DNA of 64,000 nucleotides from Candidatus Omnitrophota bacterium (GTDB lineage Bacteria; Omnitrophota; Gorgyraeia; 2-01-FULL-45-10): NCBI GenBank assembly GCA_028699255.1, contig JAQVUX010000002.1, positions 11,711 to 75,710 of the forward strand, read 5' to 3'. Shown piece by piece: positions 58,712 to 64,000 of this stretch (position 1 is its first letter; each line of letters starts with the position of its first letter). The notes under the pieces were generated by a model. It saw only the letters and a program-made list of their open reading frames with translations, ran no database searches and was not told where the DNA came from. The position numbers and the translations under genes were made by a program.

Positions 58712-60127
58712 ATGAATAAAACGCGAGATGCGGTTTCCGCCGGTGGTAAAAAAGAACTTTCGCAGGATGAACTTTTAAAACTCGAATCTCAGTACTGTTC
58801 GTGGGGCGATACCGTTCACTATGTTGAGCGCCCCAATATATTTGCCCGCGCCAAAGGTTCCTATCTTTACGACAGGGACGGTGTGGAATATCTCGACCTG
58901 CAGATGATATATTCGGCGGTCAATTTTGGTTACGGCAACGAACGGCTTAACAATGCGCTTAAAAAGCAAATCGACCGTCTGCCACAGCTTGCCTGCCAGT
59001 ATGTGCACGAGGAGAAGATCCTTCTTGCCTCGCGCATAGCCGAGAGGATCGAAACGACATTTGAGGAGAAGGGAAGAGTTCATTTTAATGTAGGCGGCGC
59101 TCAGGCGCTGGAAGACTCGATGAAGCTTGTGCGCAATAATACCGGCAGAAGCCTGGTGTTTGCGTTCATGGGCGGGTACCACGGCAGGACGCTTGCCGCC
59201 TCGGCTATAACGTCGAGCTTTCGATACAGGGAACGCTACGGACACTTCGGCGACAGGGCGCTCTTTGTGCCGTTCCCATATTGCTTCAGGTGTTTCTATG
59301 GCAAAAAGAGGGACTCTTGCGGAATGTACTGTCTGAAACAGTTCGAGAAACTGTTTGAGACGGAATATTACGGTGTGGTGGACAAAAAGACGAATCTTTG
59401 CGAATTTTCCGCGTTCTATATAGAGCCGCTCCAGGGCACAGGCGGATATGTGGTGCCGCCATTGGAGTATTTTGCGGGATTAAAGAAGGTGCTCGACCAA
59501 TATAAGATAAAGCTCGTAGATGACGAGATACAGATGGGATTTTTCAGGACGGGTAAGTTCTGGTCCATCGAACACTTTGGCGTGACGCCCGATATCATCG
59601 TATTCGCGAAAGCGCTTACGAACGGGCTTAATCCTCTTTCGGGTGTGTGGGCGAAAGAGTATTTGATATCGCCGAAGGTATTTCCGCCCGGCTCGACGCA
59701 CTCCACGTTCTCATCGAACCCGCTCGGTACTGCTACGGGTCTTGAGACGATAAAGCTTATAGAAGAATCCGATTTTGCGACGGACATTCCGAAAAAAGGC
59801 AAGTACTTTGTGTCCCGCTTAAGGAGCCTGCAGAAAAAATATCCGGAGGTGGGCCACGTTGACGGGCTCGGTCTTGCCATCAGAATAGAGATGTGCGAGA
59901 AGGATGGCTATACGCCCAATAAGAAACTAACGGATGCGATAGTCGACATAGGTTTAAGCGGAAAATTATCCGCTGGCGGAAAACATCGTGGGCTTGTTCT
60001 GGATGTGGGCGGGTATTACAAGAACGTGTTCACTCTCGCACCTTCTTTTTATATAACCGACAAGGAGATAGATCTCGGAGTAGACCTCTTTGAAGAGGCG
60101 CTTGTCATGGCTCTTAAAAAGGCGTAA
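58712..60127 (+). CDS. Class-III (PLP-dependent) aminotransferase
   Basis: GGYHGRT, VDDEIQMGFFRTGKFW and IIVFAKALTNG (PLP Lys) motifs. Confidence 0.8.
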   Translation: MNKTRDAVSAGGKKELSQDELLKLESQYCSWGDTVHYVERPNIFARAKGSYLYDRDGVEYLDLQMIYSAVNFGYGNERLNNALKKQIDRLPQLACQYVHEEKILLASRIAERIETTFEEKGRVHFNVGGAQALEDSMKLVRNNTGRSLVFAFMGGYHGRTLAASAITSSFRYRERYGHFGDRALFVPFPYCFRCFYGKKRDSCGMYCLKQFEKLFETEYYGVVDKKTNLCEFSAFYIEPLQGTGGYVVPPLEYFAGLKKVLDQYKIKLVDDEIQMGFFRTGKFWSIEHFGVTPDIIVFAKALTNGLNPLSGVWAKEYLISPKVFPPGSTHSTFSSNPLGTATGLETIKLIEESDFATDIPKKGKYFVSRLRSLQKKYPEVGHVDGLGLAIRIEMCEKDGYTPNKKLTDAIVDIGLSGKLSAGGKHRGLVLDVGGYYKNVFTLAPSFYITDKEIDLGVDLFEEALVMALKKA

Positions 60128-60244
60128 GAACCGAGTTACGGATGGCCGTGATCCGCTATCCTGCCTGTCGATGTAATATTATCTTTATAGAAAACCAACT
60201 TTTTAGCATTGACTTCTTAACAGGTGTAATGTATACTTAAAAAA

Positions 60245-61981
60245 ATGGCTAAAAAGACCGCAATTACAATATCATCTACCACGTTTTTATTCCTATCATT
60301 ACTGTTTGCTGTAAACGCGAACGCGCAAAATATTCCCCCCGGGCAGGAGCCGGCCGCCGGAGCCAGCAGGTTCCAGGACGAGGCTGAGCGCCGCAAAGCC
60401 GCCGTTCAAAGTAAAGGCGTAAAAGCGCCGGAAATCGAAATGGAAGAGAAGGCCGTGTCCGCGCCTGAGGTGTCCGGCGTTACTTTCGTATTGAAGGAAG
60501 TCAGGATCACCGGGATGACTTTATTTAAACCGGAAGAATTTACCCCCGCGTATCAAAAATATATCGATAAAGAGGTTACCTTCAAGGATATTAACGATAT
60601 TGCCGATATCGTCAGGTCAAAATATAAGGCCAAAGGATATCTCACCACCAATATCTATGTTCCAGAGCAGGAGATAGCCGGAGGCGTTGTTGAGATAAAG
60701 GTTGTCGAGGGTAGGATGGGCAACCTTATGATAGAAGGCAATAAGTGGTTTACGAAAAATATAATTGCGAAATATTTCCACGCAAAAAAAAATGAAATTT
60801 TAAATATAAAGACTTTTCAGAGAGACATCCTCAGACTTAACCAGAATCCCGATCTCCAGGTCAGGGCGGTAATAGGCCCCGGTAAAGAACCTCAAACATC
60901 CGACATAACTCTTAAAGTCGAGGATAAATTTCCGTATCACGTTGGTGCCGGAACCGACGATATGGGCACGCGGCTTACCGGCAAGTATAGGACATCGGTA
61001 TCGGCGCGTAGTTCGAACCTCACGGGAAATAACGAATTCGTGTTTTTTAATGCGGTGGTATCCAGGTATTCAGCCGGACAATTTGTAACATGCGACATAC
61101 CTATCGATACATACGGCACGAAATTCGGCTTCGATTGCTCTTATTTTACCTCGAAGATCGGCAGGGAGTTTAAGGATTACGATATTGTAGGTAATACGCT
61201 GAATTTCATTCCTCACATTACGGGCGAAATATACCTGTCGGAACGTCTCCAGATAACCGCGGATCTCGGGCTTAATATAAAATCCGTCAAGAAATATAAT
61301 CATGCGGATATTACCAATGATGATGAACTGCGTATGCCGTTTTACAGGATGGATATAACGTATATGGATACATTATTCGGCGGAGGACAAACCACGTTTT
61401 CCCCCGAGATAATATTCGGTACCAGGGATTTTCTCGGCGCTTCGCCCCGGGACAATATGAAGACATCCAGGATATCCAATGGCGGCTACTTCTTCAAATA
61501 TGACCATAATATACGGCGCATACAGCGCATGCCATGGGAGAGTTATGCGGTTATGCGCTCACAGTTCCAGGCCACGACTCATTCGCTTCCGTCTTCAGAG
61601 CAGTTTCAGATAGGCGGGATGAATACTGTCAGAGGTTACCCCGAAGGCGATTATCTGTCGGATATAGGCGCATCGCTCAGTACCGATTGGATATTCCCCA
61701 TGTACCTGATACCGAAAGAATACAAACTGCCATATGCTAAGACGCCTCTTAGGAACCAGATACAGCCGGTTGTGTTTTTCGATATGGGCGGCGGGTATAT
61801 TACGGATAAGCTTACCTATGAGAAGGGCTACAAGTTCCTCATGGGTGTGGGCGGTGGCCTTAGGATAAACTTGTATGACAAATTCTCCGCACGCATTGAG
61901 TTTGCCCAGGCGATCGGCGCAACGCCGACCGCGAATTCGGGCCCATCAACCTTTCATTTAAGCGTAAACTTCGAAGTGTAA
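60245..61981 (+). CDS. ShlB/FhaC/HecB-type (TpsB) outer-membrane transporter: POTRA domains plus 16-strand barrel
   Basis: Signal peptide. POTRA blocks (FVLKEVRITGMTLF, IKVVEGRMGNLMIEGNKWF). C-terminal barrel ending ...LSVNFEV. Confidence 0.7.
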   Translation: MAKKTAITISSTTFLFLSLLFAVNANAQNIPPGQEPAAGASRFQDEAERRKAAVQSKGVKAPEIEMEEKAVSAPEVSGVTFVLKEVRITGMTLFKPEEFTPAYQKYIDKEVTFKDINDIADIVRSKYKAKGYLTTNIYVPEQEIAGGVVEIKVVEGRMGNLMIEGNKWFTKNIIAKYFHAKKNEILNIKTFQRDILRLNQNPDLQVRAVIGPGKEPQTSDITLKVEDKFPYHVGAGTDDMGTRLTGKYRTSVSARSSNLTGNNEFVFFNAVVSRYSAGQFVTCDIPIDTYGTKFGFDCSYFTSKIGREFKDYDIVGNTLNFIPHITGEIYLSERLQITADLGLNIKSVKKYNHADITNDDELRMPFYRMDITYMDTLFGGGQTTFSPEIIFGTRDFLGASPRDNMKTSRISNGGYFFKYDHNIRRIQRMPWESYAVMRSQFQATTHSLPSSEQFQIGGMNTVRGYPEGDYLSDIGASLSTDWIFPMYLIPKEYKLPYAKTPLRNQIQPVVFFDMGGGYITDKLTYEKGYKFLMGVGGGLRINLYDKFSARIEFAQAIGATPTANSGPSTFHLSVNFEV

Positions 61982-62070
61982 CATATTTTTCCCGCTATGC
62001 CTCCTGAATTCGATTGACTTTGTCAGTACTTTATGCTATTTTAACCTGTCAAATTCTTGGAATAATTACA

Positions 62071-62778
62071 ATGATAGCGTCGAATATAGAATCCGTAACA
62101 CGCAGAATATCAAATGCTTGTGAAAAATCAGGCAGGCAGAGCGCCGAGGTACAGCTTATTTGTGTTACAAAGACGGCGTCGATTGAAGAGATAGAGGAAG
62201 TTCTAGGCTTGGGCGCTAAAGCGCTTGGCGAAAATAGGGTGCAGGACGCCGTAAGTAAGCATAGGATAATAGGCGACAGGGCGCAGTGGCACCTGATAGG
62301 CCACTTACAGACTAATAAGGCTAAAGACGCCGTTAAAATATTCTCACTGATCCATTCTGTCGACAGCTCGCGTCTTGCCGCAGAGATAAGCGCGCAGGCG
62401 CTTAAGATAGGCAAGGTTCAGGATATACTTATACAGGTCAATGTATCGGGCGAGGCGAGCAAATTCGGTATAGAGCCGACGGCAGTGGAAGGTTTGATAA
62501 AAGAGATATCTTTATACCCTAATATTAATATTAAAGGGTTTATGACCATAGCGCCGGATACGGACGACCCCGAGAGGTCTCGTCCATATTTTAAGGCATT
62601 ACGCGAACTGCGCGATCGTATCATAATCTCTGGTCCATGCTTGGGGGCGGGGAGTTCCTTGCGCAAGCCCGGATTAGAGATTCTCTCTATGGGGATGAGC
62701 GGCGATTTTGAGGTTGCAATAGAAGAAGGTTCGAATATGGTCAGGGTGGGAAGGGCAATATTCGAAGGGCATAAATGA
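62071..62778 (+). CDS. yggS: YggS-family PLP-homeostasis protein
   Basis: LICVTKT is the PLP-binding Lys region. HLIGHLQTNKAK and GMSGDFEVAIEEGSNMVRVG match alanine-racemase-N-fold family signatures. Start at ATG 62071. Confidence 0.8.
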   Translation: MIASNIESVTRRISNACEKSGRQSAEVQLICVTKTASIEEIEEVLGLGAKALGENRVQDAVSKHRIIGDRAQWHLIGHLQTNKAKDAVKIFSLIHSVDSSRLAAEISAQALKIGKVQDILIQVNVSGEASKFGIEPTAVEGLIKEISLYPNINIKGFMTIAPDTDDPERSRPYFKALRELRDRIIISGPCLGAGSSLRKPGLEILSMGMSGDFEVAIEEGSNMVRVGRAIFEGHK

Positions 62779-63590
62779 TAACAGACAAAAAGATCGGTAT
62801 AATAGGATGCGGCAACATGGGCGAGGCGATTCTTTCGCGGCTTTCCGGCGCGATAGAGAAGAGCACCTCTATTATGGTTTGCGAAATGGACGCCGCCCGG
62901 CGCGATTACATACAGACAAAGTACAGGATGATCGTAGAGATAGATAATAATACCGTTGTAAAGTTTGCGGATATCATTATTCTGGCAGTAAAGCCGAAAG
63001 ATTTTGAAAATGTTCTGAAGCGGGAAGTATGCTGTGGATTGTCGGATAAAAAACTCCTTATATCGATAGCCGCCGGGATAACGACGAAATATATAGAGAA
63101 GATTGTTGGTATCGACGTACCCGTAATAAGGGCTATGCCGAATATGGCCGCTGTAATAGGCGAAGCGATAACGAGTTTAAGCCGGGGCAAGAGCGCGGGC
63201 GACAAAGAGATGGAAGAGGCGCGAGAGATATTTTCCATGATAGGGGATGTCGTCGAGGTCGACGAGAAGCTTGTCGGAGCGGTTACGGCTATATCGGGAA
63301 GCGGCCCGGCGTATTTCTTCTATGTAGTGGAATCGCTGATAGAAGCCGCGAAGTCATTCGGATTTGATGATGAGACGGCATCGAAGCTCGTGCTCAAGAC
63401 GGCTCTCGGGAGCGCGAAGCTTTTGGAGGCGCTGAAAGAAGATCCGGCCGTTTTATGCAGAAAGGTTGCCTCGAAGGGCGGTACTACCTCTGCGGCGCTT
63501 AGCGTTTTCGATAAGAAGAAACTTAAAAATATAATAAAGGATGCGGCGAAAGCCGCTTTAAAACGTTCGGACCAACTTTCCAAGAGGTGA
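62775..63590 (+). CDS. proC: Pyrroline-5-carboxylate reductase
   Basis: IGIIGCGNMGEAIL Rossmann motif and the KGGTTSAAL ProC signature. Confidence 0.85.
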   Translation: MITDKKIGIIGCGNMGEAILSRLSGAIEKSTSIMVCEMDAARRDYIQTKYRMIVEIDNNTVVKFADIIILAVKPKDFENVLKREVCCGLSDKKLLISIAAGITTKYIEKIVGIDVPVIRAMPNMAAVIGEAITSLSRGKSAGDKEMEEAREIFSMIGDVVEVDEKLVGAVTAISGSGPAYFFYVVESLIEAAKSFGFDDETASKLVLKTALGSAKLLEALKEDPAVLCRKVASKGGTTSAALSVFDKKKLKNIIKDAAKAALKRSDQLSKR

Positions 63591-63892
63591 ATATGTTCGC
63601 AATAGGGAATATGCTTTATGCCGTCGCGACTATATTGGACTATGTGCTCACGATAGCAAATTGGTTGATAATAATAAGGGCTTTAATAAGTTGGGTGAAC
63701 CCTGATCCTTATAACATGATAGTCCAGTTCCTGAATAAGGCCACCGAACCGCTTTTGGCGCCGTTCCGAAGGCTGATACCTGCGTACACGATAGGGCTCG
63801 ACATATCGCCCATCTTCGCGCTTATATTCATATGGTTCCTTAAACTATTCCTGATACGCACGCTTTTCGGTATGGCGGTGAGGCTGGGATAA
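63587..63892 (+). CDS. yggT: YggT-family small membrane protein
   Basis: About 100 aa with two TM segments and the [17 protein letters not shown] motif. Conserved yggS-proC-yggT synteny. Confidence 0.7.
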   Translation: MNMFAIGNMLYAVATILDYVLTIANWLIIIRALISWVNPDPYNMIVQFLNKATEPLLAPFRRLIPAYTIGLDISPIFALIFIWFLKLFLIRTLFGMAVRLG

Positions 63893-64000
63893 TGAAAAAG
63901 ATCGGCATAATAGGCGGAAGCGGATTTTATAATATCGAAGGCGTAGAGAATATAAAAAAGGTGGATGTTAAGACGCCTTTTGGCGCGCCTTCGGACGAGT
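63892..64000 (+). CDS. mtnP: Purine-nucleoside / 5'-methylthioadenosine phosphorylase, N-terminal fragment (continues beyond the window)
   Basis: [36 protein letters not shown] matches the PNP/MTAP N-terminus. Confidence 0.65.
   Translation, partial: MKKIGIIGGSGFYNIEGVENIKKVDVKTPFGAPSDE

Overview
This 64 kb window looks like a gene-dense chromosomal segment from a diderm bacterium. The diderm call rests on LpxD, LptF/G, TolC, Mla, a TpsB-type transporter and an outer-membrane beta-barrel. About 95% of coding sequence is on the + strand, in tight operons often linked by ATGA overlaps. I found no transposase, integrase, phage gene or CRISPR array.

Content in order:
- 1-264: 3' end of fhs.
- 0.3-4.5 kb: an XRE-cupin regulator with a divergent M20-like protein and two acetate-kinase paralogues, the second degenerate.
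- 4.6-18.2 kb: a nitrogen-assimilation block. It runs GAF-GAF-ANTAR regulator, terminator, candidate ANTAR RNA target, outer-membrane barrel, amt, glnK, ArsB/NhaD permease, glnA, GATase, ACT-malic enzyme, NfnAB/GltD-like pair and gdhA.
- 18.3-22.8 kb: TetR with a TolC-EmrA-EmrB efflux operon.
- 22.9-24.0 kb: lpxD.
- 24.0-24.2 kb: a divergent small zinc-ribbon gene.
- 24.4-31.3 kb: a six-gene complex-I/group-4-hydrogenase-like module. Its NuoCD-like large subunit has lost all four [NiFe] cysteines, which makes it Ehr-type.
- 31.3-38.9 kb: a signalling module directly fused to that operon. It runs a membrane-PAS protein, a FecR-domain protein, an RsbW-like kinase, a palindromic tandem repeat, a STAS protein, MlaE/F/D and a CHASE2-PP2C phosphatase. 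This is a partner-switching set with no sigma factor, wrapped around a lipid ABC transporter.
- 38.9-43.3 kb: a SYLF protein, a large histidine kinase, a receiver and a lipoprotein.
- 43.3-44.6 kb: four tRNAs (Arg-TCG, Leu-TAG, Gly-GCC, Lys-CTT) embedded in structured 78-nt tandem repeats and A/T palindromes.
- 44.6-48.5 kb: ptsN-yvcK-ptsH-ptsI.
- 48.5-64.0 kb: housekeeping genes (PGI/PMI, NTP-transferase, metK, ahcY, fba, lptFG and comF on the - strand, malQ, HAD, class-III aminotransferase, orphan TpsB, yggS-proC-yggT, start of mtnP).

The most interesting candidates are the kinase/STAS/phosphatase set around MlaEFD, the Ehr-type complex feeding into it, the ANTAR leader in front of the amt-glnK-glnA operon, and two families of structured intergenic repeats.
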